Under the pieces are notes generated by a model, which worked only from the letters and a program-made list of their open reading frames with translations, did not search any database and was not told the origin of the DNA. From Thermoanaerobaculia bacterium (GTDB lineage: Bacteria; Acidobacteriota; Thermoanaerobaculia; Multivoradales; SZUA-115): a stretch of DNA of 64,000 nucleotides. Shown piece after piece: positions 1 to 12,646 of this stretch (position 1 is its first letter; each line of letters begins with the position of its first letter). The stretch spans positions 576,471-640,470 of the forward strand of contig JAXLQX010000001.1 of NCBI GenBank assembly GCA_046331405.1. The letters run 5' to 3'. The translations under genes and the position numbers were made by a program.

Positions 1-1159
1 AGGCTTTGGAGCAGCGCCGCGGGAGCGCCGAGAATCTCTTCCTCGGGGCTCGTGCCGGCGAGCAGGCCGCGGCGCAGCGCCCCCGGGCAGCAGGCGATCC
101 GCTCAGCGTAGTCCCGGGCCAGGGCGCCCACTTCCCGAACCGGCTCGGCGAGCGGCCGGGCCTCTCCGAAGCGCCGAGGCGGGCCGAAGAGCTCGTCGCC
201 CCCCTCGCCCGAAACGATTCCGGAAAGGTCGCTCGAGGCCGTCTCCAAGAGCACCGAGGTGGGCAGCACCGCTTGGTCGCCGATCGGTTCGTTGAGGTGG
301 GCGGCGAGGGTGGCGAGGCGCTCGAGGTGGCGCTCGCCCACCGCGACCACGCGGTGCTCGAAGCTGAGCGCACTGGCGACTTCGGCGGCGTCCCGGGATT
401 CGTCGTAGTCCGGATCCTCGAAGGCCGCCGTCAGCGCCACCGCCCGGCGGCTCGAGCGCGAAAGGAACACCAGGTTGGTGGAAGAGTCGATGCCGCCGCT
501 CGCGAAGGCGCCCTGGGGCCCGTCCGCCTGCGGCAGGCGGCGGAATGAGGCCAAGAGACGCATCTCGAGTTCGCGGTCCAGTTCGGCTTGGGCCTTGGCG
601 GGAGCCTGGTCGTCGAAAGCCGGAAGCCAGTAGGGCGAGCAACTAAGGCCGCTCGGGCCGAGCTCCAGAAGATGGCCGGCCGGCAGCTTGCGCACGCTGC
701 GGAAGGCGGTGCGATCGAGCGGGAAGAACTGGAAGGCGAGGTACAGGTTGAGCGCTTCCAGGTCGAGTTCGCGGGAGAGGTCCGGCCGGCAAGCGAGGCG
801 CTCGAGCCGCGAGGAGTAGGCAAGGCCCCGGGCGATCGGCGAGTAGAACAGCGGCTCCCGGCCCAGGCGATCCCGGGCGAGCAGCAAGCGCTGCTCGGCG
901 GGATCCTCCACCGCCAGGGCGAACGAGCCTCGGAGATCGGCCACGAAGCCGGCGCCGAGTCGCCGATAGAGCTCGGTGAGCAGGGGCACGGGGTCGCCCT
1001 CGAGCGCAGGGCGGTTCAGCCGGCGGGCGAGCTCCTCGAGGTTGGTGAGCTCCCCTTGGAAGCGCAGCTCGAGGCCCCGGCCCGGCCTCTCCGGGCCCGT
1101 CCGGAACTCGCCGAGCAGCGGCTCGGCCGTCCTGGCCACGGGGGCGATCAGGGTCACCG
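1..1159 (-). CDS. Asparagine synthetase (AsnB)-like amidotransferase; 3' end runs off the window. GTG start overlaps the upstream stop codon.
   Basis: Manual reverse-strand translation from 1159 down to 1 (absent from the ORF track because there is no stop in the window) gives ...LRFQGELTN...LLLARDRLGREPLFY...KLPAGHLLEL... and the PP-loop motif SGGIDSS. The protein begins VTLIAPV, so it lacks the MCG N-terminal cysteine of class-II glutaminase domains. GTGA overlap with gene 1154-2056. Confidence 0.6.
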
Positions 1160-2056
1160 GCCGCCCTCGAAGGTGCCCACGAAGCTGATCAGCTTGTTGA
1201 GCTCGAGCATCGCCGGCACCAGATGCATCGATCTGCCGATCAGCATCTGGATCACGCCGTCGGCGAAGCCCAGGGCCTCGCGGGCGAGCCGGCCGGCGTC
1301 GGAGGCGAGGGCCGGGAAGAGCGAGGCGACCAGGGGATCGACGATCTCGGCGCCCAGGGCGTCCCGCTGGCGCTCGAGCAGGCGAGGGCGCCATTTGGGG
1401 TGGAAATGGGTTTCGCCCACGGTGGCGAGAGCTGCCGCCGCCAGCGCGTCCATCGCCATGCGCAGGGTGGTGAGAGCGGTCAAGGAGTCGCCGTACTGCA
1501 CCTGCGCGATGGTGTCCTCGCGGTAGGTGTAGTGCAGGGTCAGCCAATGCAGGACCAAGTAGTCGCGCAGGCCGCCGAGCCCGAGCTGGCTGCGCCAGCG
1601 TTCGGCGTTGTCGGCGTTGACCAGCGGAATGCCGGTGTGCATCCGGTGCAGGAAGCGCAGCTCCATCTCGCTGAAGGTCTCGAGCTTGACGAAGCGCGCC
1701 GGATCCTGGATCACGGTCACCACTTCCCGCAGCCGATCGCCGATCCGCGCGACGTCGTCGCTGCGCCAGTACTCGACGTTGAGCTCCTCGCCACCGTCGA
1801 GGCGGCGCACCGACTGCTCGAACTCGGCCTCGTTGATCAGCACGCCCTGGCGCAGGGTGCCGTCGCCGAGAATCATCAGGTCGATATCCGAGAGCGGGTT
1901 GGCGAGGCCTTCGGCGATCGAGCCCACCAGGAGCAACGTCTCCGAGTCCGCGAGCGGACCCACCTGGAGCGCCAGGTCGTTGAACGTGAGGCCCCACCGG
2001 GCGAGGAAGTCGGCGGCTTCGGCGGTCGGGCTTTCGAGGGCGGCTGTCTGCGTCAT
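1154..2056 (-). CDS. Nucleotidyltransferase-domain protein (Pol-beta superfamily)
   Basis: 300-aa ORF with the G-S-x(9)-D-x-D NTase signature (GSIAEGLANPLSDIDLMIL). Its ATG overlaps the upstream stop (ATGA) and its stop overlaps the AsnB-like start, so it sits inside an operon. Confidence 0.5.
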   Translation of the reverse strand: MTQTAALESPTAEAADFLARWGLTFNDLALQVGPLADSETLLLVGSIAEGLANPLSDIDLMILGDGTLRQGVLINEAEFEQSVRRLDGGEELNVEYWRSDDVARIGDRLREVVTVIQDPARFVKLETFSEMELRFLHRMHTGIPLVNADNAERWRSQLGLGGLRDYLVLHWLTLHYTYREDTIAQVQYGDSLTALTTLRMAMDALAAAALATVGETHFHPKWRPRLLERQRDALGAEIVDPLVASLFPALASDAGRLAREALGFADGVIQMLIGRSMHLVPAMLELNKLISFVGTFEGGR

Positions 2057-3654
2057 GGATTCGCCCCTCCTTGGGCGGTTTGCGAGCGGGACGAGCGGGC
2101 TCGGAGCAGGCCCAGCTCGGCCCCGACCTCCGCGAAGGCGGCCAGGCCGGCATCCAGCTGCTCGCGGCTATGAGTGGCCATCACCGTGGTGCGCAGCAGG
2201 GCCCCTTGCTGGGGCACGGCCGGATGCACGGCGCAGTTGACGAAAACTCCCCTCTCGAGCAGCGACCGGGCCGCCGCCATGCACTTCGTGTCGTCGCCGA
2301 TCAGCACCGGCACGATGGCGGAGGCCGAGGTGGCGACCTCGAAGCCGAGGCGCTTTAGACCACCGCGCCAATAGCTCGCGTTGTCTCGCAGCCGGGTGAG
2401 CCGCCAGGGCTCGGCCTGGAGGATGTCGAGGGCGGCCGAGGCGGCGGCGAGGGCGGTGGGCGGGATGGCGGCGGTGAACACGATCGACCGCCCCCGGAAG
2501 CGGATCCAGTCGATGACGTCCGGATCTCCGGCCACATAGCCGCCCACCGAGGCGAGGCTCTTGGACAGGCTTCCCGACAGGATATCCGCCAGCCCGATCC
2601 GCCCCACGTGCTCCTCGCTGCCCTTGCCCGAGCGGCCGAGGGTGCCGATGCCGTGGGCGTCGTCGAGGGCCAGGCGAACCTCGTGGCGGTCGCAGACCTC
2701 GCGGACCTCCTCGATCGGCGAGAGGTCGCCGTGCATCGAGTAGACGCCGTCGACGATCACCAGCGTGGGCCGCGAGGGCCGCCGGGAGAGCCGGCGGTCG
2801 AGGTCGCTGGGGTCGTTGTGGCGGAAGGCGATCACCTGGCAGCCCGCCACGCGGGCGCCGTCGAAGATCGAAGCGTGGCAGGACTCGTCGGCGAAGAGCA
2901 CCGAGCCGGCACCCATCAAGGCCGAAAGCATGCCGAGGTTGGCCTGGTACCCGGTGGTGAAGATCAGGGCATCGCCACGGCCCAGAAACGCCGCCAGCTT
3001 CTCTTCCACGGCTCGATGCAGCGTGGTGGTGCCGTTAAAGAGCCGCGAGCCGGTGAGGCTCGAGCCTTCCACCAGCGCCGCGGCTGCGACCGCCTTGCGT
3101 ACCCGGCGGTCGGTGGTGAGGCCGAGATAGTTGCCCGAGCCCAGCATGATCGCGTCGCGACCGCGATGGCTGCAGATGTCGCCGTCGTTGCGGGCGAGCT
3201 CGACGTAATAGGGCAGGAGGTCCTTGGCGCGGAGCTCGCGGGCCAGGGTGAAGTCGCGGGCCTGCTGCAGGGGATCGAGGGGAACTCCGGGCGAGCTCGG
3301 GCGGGCGTCGCGGGCCTTCGCGGCCCGCCCCGGACCCCTCTGCTCGAGCCAGCCGGCGATCCTGCCAGCCAGGGCGCGAGGGGTCAGCGCGTCGAGGTGC
3401 TCGTCGAGCTCCAGCTCGAAGCCGTAGCTGCGCTCGAGCAAGGCCTGGAGCTCGGCCATCCGCAGGGAGTCCAGGCCCAGGCTCAGGATCGGCAGGTCCG
3501 GCGCCACTTCGTCGGCAGACAGGCCGGCGCTGGCCGCGAGCTCGGCGCGGAGGTCTTCGAGCACGAGTTCGCCGCCGGGGCTCGCTTCCGGCGCCTGCAG
3601 AGGCTTCGACGCACGCTCCTCCACGAAGTCGGCGGGAGAATGATCAGGGCTCAC
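2053..3654 (-). CDS. ACP-fused alpha-oxoamine synthase (AONS/serine palmitoyltransferase family, PLP-dependent)
   Basis: N-terminal carrier-protein motif LGLDSLRMAELQALLE, then an AOS fold with the PLP-lysine region SGSLSKSLASVGGYVAG and the GTLGRSGKG loop. Start re-placed at a GTG overlapping the FAAL stop (CCGTGAGCC). The 785-aa track ORF is a Pro/Arg-rich N-terminal artefact that overlaps the FAAL gene. Confidence 0.8.
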   Translation of the reverse strand: MSPDHSPADFVEERASKPLQAPEASPGGELVLEDLRAELAASAGLSADEVAPDLPILSLGLDSLRMAELQALLERSYGFELELDEHLDALTPRALAGRIAGWLEQRGPGRAAKARDARPSSPGVPLDPLQQARDFTLARELRAKDLLPYYVELARNDGDICSHRGRDAIMLGSGNYLGLTTDRRVRKAVAAAALVEGSSLTGSRLFNGTTTLHRAVEEKLAAFLGRGDALIFTTGYQANLGMLSALMGAGSVLFADESCHASIFDGARVAGCQVIAFRHNDPSDLDRRLSRRPSRPTLVIVDGVYSMHGDLSPIEEVREVCDRHEVRLALDDAHGIGTLGRSGKGSEEHVGRIGLADILSGSLSKSLASVGGYVAGDPDVIDWIRFRGRSIVFTAAIPPTALAAASAALDILQAEPWRLTRLRDNASYWRGGLKRLGFEVATSASAIVPVLIGDDTKCMAAARSLLERGVFVNCAVHPAVPQQGALLRTTVMATHSREQLDAGLAAFAEVGAELGLLRARSSRSQTAQGGANP

Positions 3655-5384
3655 GGGTGGCTCTCCACAAGGTCGAGGGTTTGGGCGAGAAAGGCCTCTC
3701 GCATGGCCGTGCGGCGGATCTTGCCGCTCGAAGTCCTGGCCACCGAGGCGGGCCGCAGGAGGGCGATGGCGAAGACTTGCAGCTCGTGGTCGCGAGCGAT
3801 GGCCTCGCGGATCGCCGCAAGGACCGCCGTGCGATGCTCCGGTCGGTACTGCCGGTCGACCTCGTGAGCCACGACCAGCCGCTCCTCGCCGTCCACCAGC
3901 ACGGAGAAAGCGGCGCCGGCGTCGCGGCGAAGCAGGATGTGACAGGTCTCGACGGTCCGCTCGATGTCCTGCGGATAGTGGTTGCGACCGCGAACGATGA
4001 TCAGGTCCTTGCGGCGGCCGCTCACGAAGAGCTGGCCGTCGGCCAGGAAGCCGAGGTCTCCCGTGCGCAGGAACTGTGTGCCGTCGCCGCCTGCGAGAGT
4101 CGCCCCGAAGGTCTCGCGGCTGGCCTCCGGCTCGGCCCAGTAGCCGCGGGCGACACTCGGCCCGGCCAGCCAGATCTCGCCCACGGTGCGCTCGGCGAGG
4201 GGCCGGCGGCTTTCCGGGTCCACCACCAGCAGGCGATGGCCAGGAACCGCCTCGCCGCAAGAAACCAGCTCCCGCTGCCGGGTTTCTCGCCCGCTCACCG
4301 CCGGGGCGGCTCCGGCCTCCAGGGCTGCGGCGTCCAGACGTAGCACCGTGGGGTGCTCGCCCCGGCGGCTGCCGGTCGCCATCAGGGTGGCCTCGGCGAG
4401 CCCGTAGCAAGAGTAGAAGCTCTCCCGCCGGAAGCCGCAGGGCTCGAAGTAGCTGGCGAACCGCTCGAGCGTCTCGGCGTGGATCGGCTCGGCGCCGGTG
4501 AACATCAGCGTCAGCGAGGAGAGGTCCAGCGTGTCGCGCTCGGCCGGGGTGATCTTGCGCAGGCAGAGGTCGAGGCCGAAGTTCGGGCTGCCGGTGGCGG
4601 TGGCACGAAAGCGGGTGACCGCCTGCAGCCAGCGCAGAGGCCGCTGGACGAAAGCGAGCGGTGGCAGCAGCACCACCGGGAAGCCCGCGTAGAGGGGTTG
4701 CAGGACGGCGCCGATCAGCCCCATGTCGTGGTAAGGCGGCAGCCAGGCCACGCCCACGCTTTGCCGGGAGTGGCCGAAGCAGTGCTCGATCACCGCCAGG
4801 TTGGCGAGCAAGTTGCCGTGGGTGATCTCCACGCCCTTGGGCGAGCCGGTCGAGCCGGAGGTGTACTGCAAGAAAGCGAGGTCTTCTTCCCGCGCCTCGA
4901 AGGGGCTCCGTAGCGCCGGGGATTCGCCATCGATCGAGTCGCTCGCCAGCCAGCGCAGCTCGGGGAGGAAAGGGCTCAGCTTGGCGGCTGTTGCGGCGCC
5001 GGCCAAGGCCAGCGAAGCTCCGCTGCTGCCGGCGATCGCCTTCAGCCGGGCGAGGCCGCGCCCGGGTCGGGGCAGATAGGTGGGAACCGCCACCATGCCG
5101 GCCAGGAGACAGGCGAAGAACGCCCGGATGTAGTCCAGGCCGGGGGGGTAGAGCAGCAGCACGCGCATGCCGGGCTCGGCGAGCTGCCGCAAGGCCCCGG
5201 CGAGCCGAGAGGCATCGCGCTGGAGTTCGCCGTAGCTCAGGACCTCGCAGCTCTCCGCCTCGCCCTGCGGACAGAACCGGTAGAGAACCTCACCGGGGCG
5301 CTCGCAAGCCTCGCGCAGCAGCAACTCGACCAGCGAGCGGGAGTGCCCTTTCCGGGGATTCGGGGTGGTCACGGAGCTCTCCAT
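3651..5384 (-). CDS. Fatty acyl-AMP ligase (FAAL-type adenylating enzyme)
   Basis: Motifs FLQYTSGSTGSPKGV, LPPYHDMGLIG, SPNFG and YRTGDLGF, as expected for FAAL/long-chain AMP-ligases. Only 3 nt separate it from the MFS stop. Confidence 0.8.
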   Translation of the reverse strand: MESSVTTPNPRKGHSRSLVELLLREACERPGEVLYRFCPQGEAESCEVLSYGELQRDASRLAGALRQLAEPGMRVLLLYPPGLDYIRAFFACLLAGMVAVPTYLPRPGRGLARLKAIAGSSGASLALAGAATAAKLSPFLPELRWLASDSIDGESPALRSPFEAREEDLAFLQYTSGSTGSPKGVEITHGNLLANLAVIEHCFGHSRQSVGVAWLPPYHDMGLIGAVLQPLYAGFPVVLLPPLAFVQRPLRWLQAVTRFRATATGSPNFGLDLCLRKITPAERDTLDLSSLTLMFTGAEPIHAETLERFASYFEPCGFRRESFYSCYGLAEATLMATGSRRGEHPTVLRLDAAALEAGAAPAVSGRETRQRELVSCGEAVPGHRLLVVDPESRRPLAERTVGEIWLAGPSVARGYWAEPEASRETFGATLAGGDGTQFLRTGDLGFLADGQLFVSGRRKDLIIVRGRNHYPQDIERTVETCHILLRRDAGAAFSVLVDGEERLVVAHEVDRQYRPEHRTAVLAAIREAIARDHELQVFAIALLRPASVARTSSGKIRRTAMREAFLAQTLDLVESHP

Positions 5385-5387
5385 CGC

Positions 5388-6509
5388 TCAGGAAGGCTGG
5401 GCCGCCGGCAGGGGCCTCGCGGCGGGGCTGCCCAGCAGGGCTGAAGAGATCAAGGCGAGAAGCGCTGCCCCGCGCATGAGCCAGAGCATCCCGCCGGGCC
5501 GGGCGAGGGCCAGGAGACCCGAACTCGCCGCCCCCAGGGCCAGCCCCAGATCGAGGCAGAAGGCGGCGAGCGCGAGCGCCTGGCCTTGGCGAGCACGGCC
5601 GGCGCGATCGGAAACGCCCACCAACGAGGCCGTGCCGAGGCCGCCCACACCGAGGCCGTAGACCAGCGCGATCGCCGAGACGGCCAGGGCTCCCCGCACC
5701 TCGGAAGCGAGGCCGAAGGCCACGCAAATCAGGAGCGATCCGAGTAGGGCCACCGGCTGCCGGCCCAGCCGATCGCTGCTCGCGCCACCGAGGAGGCGGC
5801 CCAGGGCGAGCGCCAGCCCGAAGGCCAGGTAGACCGGGGGCAGCGAACTCACCCCCTGGCGTTGAGCGATCGCCGGCAGGAAGGCCTCGAGGCTGCCCAA
5901 AGTGACTCCAGCCAGCACCAAGGGGGCGAAGGCGGGCAGGAGATCGCGCATCGAGGCCGGTGCCGAGTCGGCCGGTTCGGGCCGACCTTCCACCGCGAGC
6001 AGGCCCGAGAGCAGGGCCGCACCGGCGCAGAGCAGGAAGAGGGTCTGGGCGCCGAGAGAGTCCAGGACGGCGACTCCCACGGCCGGCATCAGGATGAGGG
6101 CGAGCCCCGAGACGGCGGTGAAGAGCCCCAGCCGTCGACCTTTCTCCTCCGGCGCGCCGCAGCGAACCAGCCAGGCCTGGGAGGCGGTGTAGAACAAGAA
6201 CACGGCGATGCCCTGGACCAGCCGAGGAGCCAGAAGGCCCCAGCCCACGGGCAGGACTGCGAAGCCCAGGTGGGCGGTGGCGAAGAGCAGCGCCGCGCCG
6301 CGCAGCAGGGGGCCGGTCGAGCGGCGATCGAGCCAGGAGCCGGCGAGGAGGCGCAGAAGGCCCGCCGAGATTGCGTAGGCGCCCACCGCGACACCCACCA
6401 GAAGAGGGCCGGCGCCCTGGCGAGCGAGATAGATCGGCAAGGCGCCCAGCAAGAGCGAGTGCGCCCCGACCACCAGGAAGGCAGCTAGAACGAGACGGCC
6501 TATGGCCAT
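5388..6509 (-). CDS. MFS transporter
   Basis: 373-aa polytopic hydrophobic protein with about 12 predicted TM segments rich in G/A/L. It is the first gene of the minus-strand operon. Confidence 0.6.
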   Translation of the reverse strand: MAIGRLVLAAFLVVGAHSLLLGALPIYLARQGAGPLLVGVAVGAYAISAGLLRLLAGSWLDRRSTGPLLRGAALLFATAHLGFAVLPVGWGLLAPRLVQGIAVFLFYTASQAWLVRCGAPEEKGRRLGLFTAVSGLALILMPAVGVAVLDSLGAQTLFLLCAGAALLSGLLAVEGRPEPADSAPASMRDLLPAFAPLVLAGVTLGSLEAFLPAIAQRQGVSSLPPVYLAFGLALALGRLLGGASSDRLGRQPVALLGSLLICVAFGLASEVRGALAVSAIALVYGLGVGGLGTASLVGVSDRAGRARQGQALALAAFCLDLGLALGAASSGLLALARPGGMLWLMRGAALLALISSALLGSPAARPLPAAQPS

Positions 6510-6860
6510 TGCGAAGGCTTCAACATGTAGTGGTGTACTACCCCGAAATCAAGATAATCTGACAAGAGACGGTGGCAGGAGTCGGACAGGTCAGCAAGAC
6601 CACCCCTCGCCGCAATCAATCAAACTGCGTTCACATTGTCGCCTGGTCGATTCCTTTGTGTCAACGAGTTTCTGATCTACTTTTTGGAGACTCCTTGTCT
6701 TGCTGGCCCGGGGGCGGTCCCGAACTAGCTCGGCTGCTTGCTGCAAGTGCTTGACTGGAAAAGAGTTGAAACAGGCTGGGCTGAGCCGGTGGGGAGCCTC
6801 AGGAAAGAGGAGCCGCCGTGCCAGCCGGAGGCCTCGGCCGGCACGGCGGTGATGTGAGGC

Positions 6861-9266
6861 CTACTCGTAGGTCACGATCAGCTGCGGCCGGTCGGTGGAA
6901 GCGGCCTCGCCGCCGTAGAAGATGTAGTTGTCGTAGCCGGCGTCGTCGTTGTCGTCGACGGCGAAGTGCAGCCGGATCTGGGTGCGGCCGGTCTTGTTGA
7001 TGAGCGAGATGCCGGTCGCGTTGAGCGAGCACTCGGCCCAGTCGCCGTTGGCCAGGGGGTCGCTCAGCCAGCAAACACCCAAGGCTCCGGCGGTGGCTTC
7101 GAAGTCGCTCGCCTCGAGGGCCGTGGTGCCGAAGGTGCCGCTCTTGATGTCGGCCAAGAGCACGCCGTGGGTGGTGAAGGGGTCGGTGCCCACCAGGCTC
7201 TTGCGCTTCACCTTGAGCCGGGCGAAGAGGATGGTGGCGGCGTCCGGGATGTCGGAAGTCGAGAAGGAGAGGATGCCCTTCCTCTGCTCATCGAGGTTGT
7301 TGTCGCCCACGGAGATATCGGTCGTGGACAAGTAGTCCCCCACGCCGGAGAACTCGGAGGACTCCTGCACCCAGCCGTCCTCCGAGGCGAGCGAATAGTA
7401 CGTGTTGACGATACCCAGCTTGGGCAGAACCCGGGCCTCGTAGGCCACATTCTCCTTCTGGCTCTCGGTGGAGAAGTTCGGGTAGTAGTGGCGGGTGTCG
7501 GTCCACGCCATCGAGAGCGTGGAGCCCACCAGGTCCACGCCCAGGTACTCGCCGTACTGGTTGGGGTTGTAGTTGGCGTTGTCGCCGGAGTTCTCGTCCG
7601 AAGTGGTGCGGGCGGAGTTGTTGAACTCGGTGGAGGCCTGGGTCAGCTGCAGGTTGGAGAAGGTCACGCCGCAGTCCCGCGAGGTGCCGTAGTAGATGTC
7701 GATGAGCTTGTTGTTGGGGTGGTTGCGGCCGTCGTGCCACACCACGGCGAGTTCGCCATCGTACTGGTCCACTGCCAGAGTGGGGTGGAACTGGATGGCC
7801 TCGGTGAAGCCGGCGTTGTTCACCTTGGTAGGACCGAACCAGAGGGCCCCACCGAACACGCCACGAGTCACCCAGACGTCGGTGTCTTCGATGCCCTGGC
7901 CGGTGTCGAAGTCGTCGAAGGTCACGTAGACGGTGCCGTCGCAGGGACCGCCGGAGCGATCGACGTCGATCGAACCCAGGGTGCCGATGCAGCGGTCGTT
8001 CTGGGCCAGCGGGCAGTTGCCGCCCGAGAACTCGGTCAGGTTGTAGTCGCGCAGCAGGCGCGGGTTGGTCCAGGTGGAACCGCCGTCCACCGAGGTGGTG
8101 TAGTAGAGCTTGGTGTTGGTGCAGGCGAAGGCTCCGCAGGTCAGGTTGTTGAAGATCAGGTGGATCTTGCCGGCCTTGTCGATGGCGAGGTCGCAGCCGA
8201 GGTCGAGAGTGCCCACCGCCGGCGAGGGCAGGTCCACCTCGGTCCAGGTGACGCCGTTGTTGGTCGAGTAGGCGAATTTCTCGTTGTTGTTGCGGTCCCA
8301 GCAGGTGTAGTGACGGCCGTTGTAGGGGCTGGTCGTCACCCGATCCACCACGTAGAAGTTCTTGTCCTCCACCTGATTGGGCGTCGGCCAGCTGTTTTTC
8401 ACCACGCCCTGGGCTGTCCAGGTGGCGCCACCGTTGGCCGAGCGGGCCACCACCATCGAGAACCAGAAGTCCGAACCGTTCGGCGTGCACAGCAGCATGT
8501 AGTTCAGGAACACCTCGCCGCTGGCGTTCCAGGCCAGGGCCGGGTCGCTGCCGAACTCGGTGCCGGTGCAATTCGGGAAGCCGGCGTAGGCGGTGTGATC
8601 CGGGGCGCAGGTGTAGCCCCAGCCGGTGCCCCCGTTGCCCGAGTAGAAGATGGCGATCGTGCCGTCGCCGCAGCCGGTGCCAGGCGAATCCCAGGTGTTG
8701 GCCGCAGCGACGATCTGGCTGGTATTCGAGGGGTTGACGGCGATCTGGATCTCACCCTGGTAGTCCTCGGGAGCCGGGAAGGAGGTGGCGGCGAGGTTCC
8801 GGTTGCCGGCCACCCGAGGCGCCAGGGTGACAGTCTCGGTGCGGTAGGCGTCCAGCCGCCTCGCCAGGCGGGCGTCGACTTCGGCGTCGCCGTAGAGCTT
8901 GCGGGCGTCGTCCTCGTGGAAGCCGATCCACTGCGTGTGCCACTCGTCGATCAGCTTCGGGATCACCACCTCGAAGCGGCGGGTGAACATGTCGAGCTTG
9001 AGCCGCTCGAGGGGCGAGAGGGGCAGGGCCTTCAAGTAGGCCTCCACGGCCGCGGGGTCCTTCATTCGGCCCGGCTTGCCCAGGTCGAGGGCGGCGAGCG
9101 AGGGGTCCGTCTTGGCGCGCTCGTAGAGGGGGCGCAGCAGTTCTTGCCGCTGCTGGGGCGAAAGCCCAGGGTTGTCGCCGGCGAGCGCAGGGCTCGCCCA
9201 GCCCCCGAGCGCCCAGGCGAGGGCCGCGGCAATCAGCTTCCAGGTACCGCCGTTCTTGCTTGGCAT
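6861..9266 (-). CDS. Secreted BNR/Asp-box repeat protein (sialidase-like beta-propeller)
   Basis: Start re-placed at the internal Met (rc ATG at 9264-9266, preceded by AAGGAG), giving signal peptide MPSKNGGTWKLIAAALAWALGGWASPALAG. Repeated S-x-D-x-G-x-T-W Asp-boxes: SANGGATWT, STNNGVTWT, SVDGGSTWT, SRDCGVTFS. The upstream 174 aa of the track ORF is rejected. Confidence 0.7.
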   Translation of the reverse strand: MPSKNGGTWKLIAAALAWALGGWASPALAGDNPGLSPQQRQELLRPLYERAKTDPSLAALDLGKPGRMKDPAAVEAYLKALPLSPLERLKLDMFTRRFEVVIPKLIDEWHTQWIGFHEDDARKLYGDAEVDARLARRLDAYRTETVTLAPRVAGNRNLAATSFPAPEDYQGEIQIAVNPSNTSQIVAAANTWDSPGTGCGDGTIAIFYSGNGGTGWGYTCAPDHTAYAGFPNCTGTEFGSDPALAWNASGEVFLNYMLLCTPNGSDFWFSMVVARSANGGATWTAQGVVKNSWPTPNQVEDKNFYVVDRVTTSPYNGRHYTCWDRNNNEKFAYSTNNGVTWTEVDLPSPAVGTLDLGCDLAIDKAGKIHLIFNNLTCGAFACTNTKLYYTTSVDGGSTWTNPRLLRDYNLTEFSGGNCPLAQNDRCIGTLGSIDVDRSGGPCDGTVYVTFDDFDTGQGIEDTDVWVTRGVFGGALWFGPTKVNNAGFTEAIQFHPTLAVDQYDGELAVVWHDGRNHPNNKLIDIYYGTSRDCGVTFSNLQLTQASTEFNNSARTTSDENSGDNANYNPNQYGEYLGVDLVGSTLSMAWTDTRHYYPNFSTESQKENVAYEARVLPKLGIVNTYYSLASEDGWVQESSEFSGVGDYLSTTDISVGDNNLDEQRKGILSFSTSDIPDAATILFARLKVKRKSLVGTDPFTTHGVLLADIKSGTFGTTALEASDFEATAGALGVCWLSDPLANGDWAECSLNATGISLINKTGRTQIRLHFAVDDNDDAGYDNYIFYGGEAASTDRPQLIVTYE

Positions 9267-9308
9267 CGTAGTCTCCTTGGTCGAAAATAAAATGGCTATG
9301 AGCAACTC

Positions 9309-9980
9309 GTGAGATCGTTGGAGGAGTTGCTTCCCTGTTCCATGGCGACATCGACTCAAGAGACTGGACATTCGCCCCGGCAAGAGCCGGGAGAGGTCAC
9401 CCGCTGGCTCGAGCAGCTGGCCCTGGGGGACGGCTCGGCCCTCGACCGCCTGGTGCCTCTGCTCTACGACGAAATGCGGCAGCTGGCGCGTTCGCGGCTG
9501 CGCGCGGAGCGCCCGGACCACACCCTCTCCCCCACGGCCCTGGTGCACGAAACCTACTTCCGCCTGCTCGACCAGCGGAGCATCTCGGCCGCCACCCGGC
9601 TGCAGTTCTTCGGCGCCGCCTCGCGCACCATGCGCCGGGTGCTGGTGGACCACGCCCGCACTCGCAACCGCCGGAAGCGCGGCGGCGGCGAGGCCCTCCT
9701 GCCCCTGCCGGAGGCCGGTCCACTGCTCACCGAGGCCGCCTGCGCCGAAGTTTTGGCCCTGGACGAGGCTTTGACCCGCCTGGAGCAATGCGAGCCGCGA
9801 GTGGCTCGGATGGTGGAGCTCAAGTTCTGGAGCGGGCTCTCCTTCGAGGAGATCGCCGGCCTCCTGGGCATCTCCACCAAGACCGTGCAGCGAGACTGGC
9901 GAGCCGCGCGGGCCTGGCTGCGCAAGGAAGTGCGAGGCGAGGCGGCCGGCGGTGTCCCTCGGCCGGGCCCTTCGGCCTGA
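9309..9980 (+). CDS. ECF-type sigma-70 factor of the subfamily found paired with Ser/Thr kinases (TIGR02999-like)
   Basis: Region 2 (ALVHETYFRLL) and region 4 (WSGLSFEEIAGLLGISTKTVQRDWRAARAWLRKEV) signatures. Immediately followed by a Ser/Thr kinase. Confidence 0.75.
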   Translation: MRSLEELLPCSMATSTQETGHSPRQEPGEVTRWLEQLALGDGSALDRLVPLLYDEMRQLARSRLRAERPDHTLSPTALVHETYFRLLDQRSISAATRLQFFGAASRTMRRVLVDHARTRNRRKRGGGEALLPLPEAGPLLTEAACAEVLALDEALTRLEQCEPRVARMVELKFWSGLSFEEIAGLLGISTKTVQRDWRAARAWLRKEVRGEAAGGVPRPGPSA

Positions 9981-10001
9981 ACGCGAAGGAGGAGCCCAGC
10001 C

Positions 10002-12608
<2,607 letters not shown>

Positions 12609-12646
12609 ACGAAGCGGGGGCAGGCCCGGACGCAGGCACCGCGCCC

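Noticed and set aside
6-1526. Plus-strand ORFs 6-548 and 588-1526 at the window start.
   Set aside because: No recognisable motifs. The opposite strand encodes a clear AsnB-like protein (SGGIDSS PP-loop).
6510-6860. 350-bp intergenic region upstream of the MFS operon, scanned for promoter or riboswitch-like structure.
   Set aside because: Only weak palindromes (GAGGCCTC) were seen. No recognisable -35/-10 element or conserved RNA motif could be supported.
9267-9788. Upstream 174 codons of the 975-aa ORF for the BNR protein. The same applies to 21373-21675 (PKD protein), 29558-29644, 26484-26561 and 27497-27589.
   Set aside because: Signal peptides or conserved enzyme N-termini, with RBS motifs, begin at internal Met codons. 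The extensions are low-complexity.
12609-12646. GC-rich inverted repeat (GGGGCAGGCC...GCGCCCC) between the convergent kinase and DUF1700 genes; possible bidirectional terminator.
   Set aside because: The stem is short and the loop long. No U-tract. Not confidently callable by eye.
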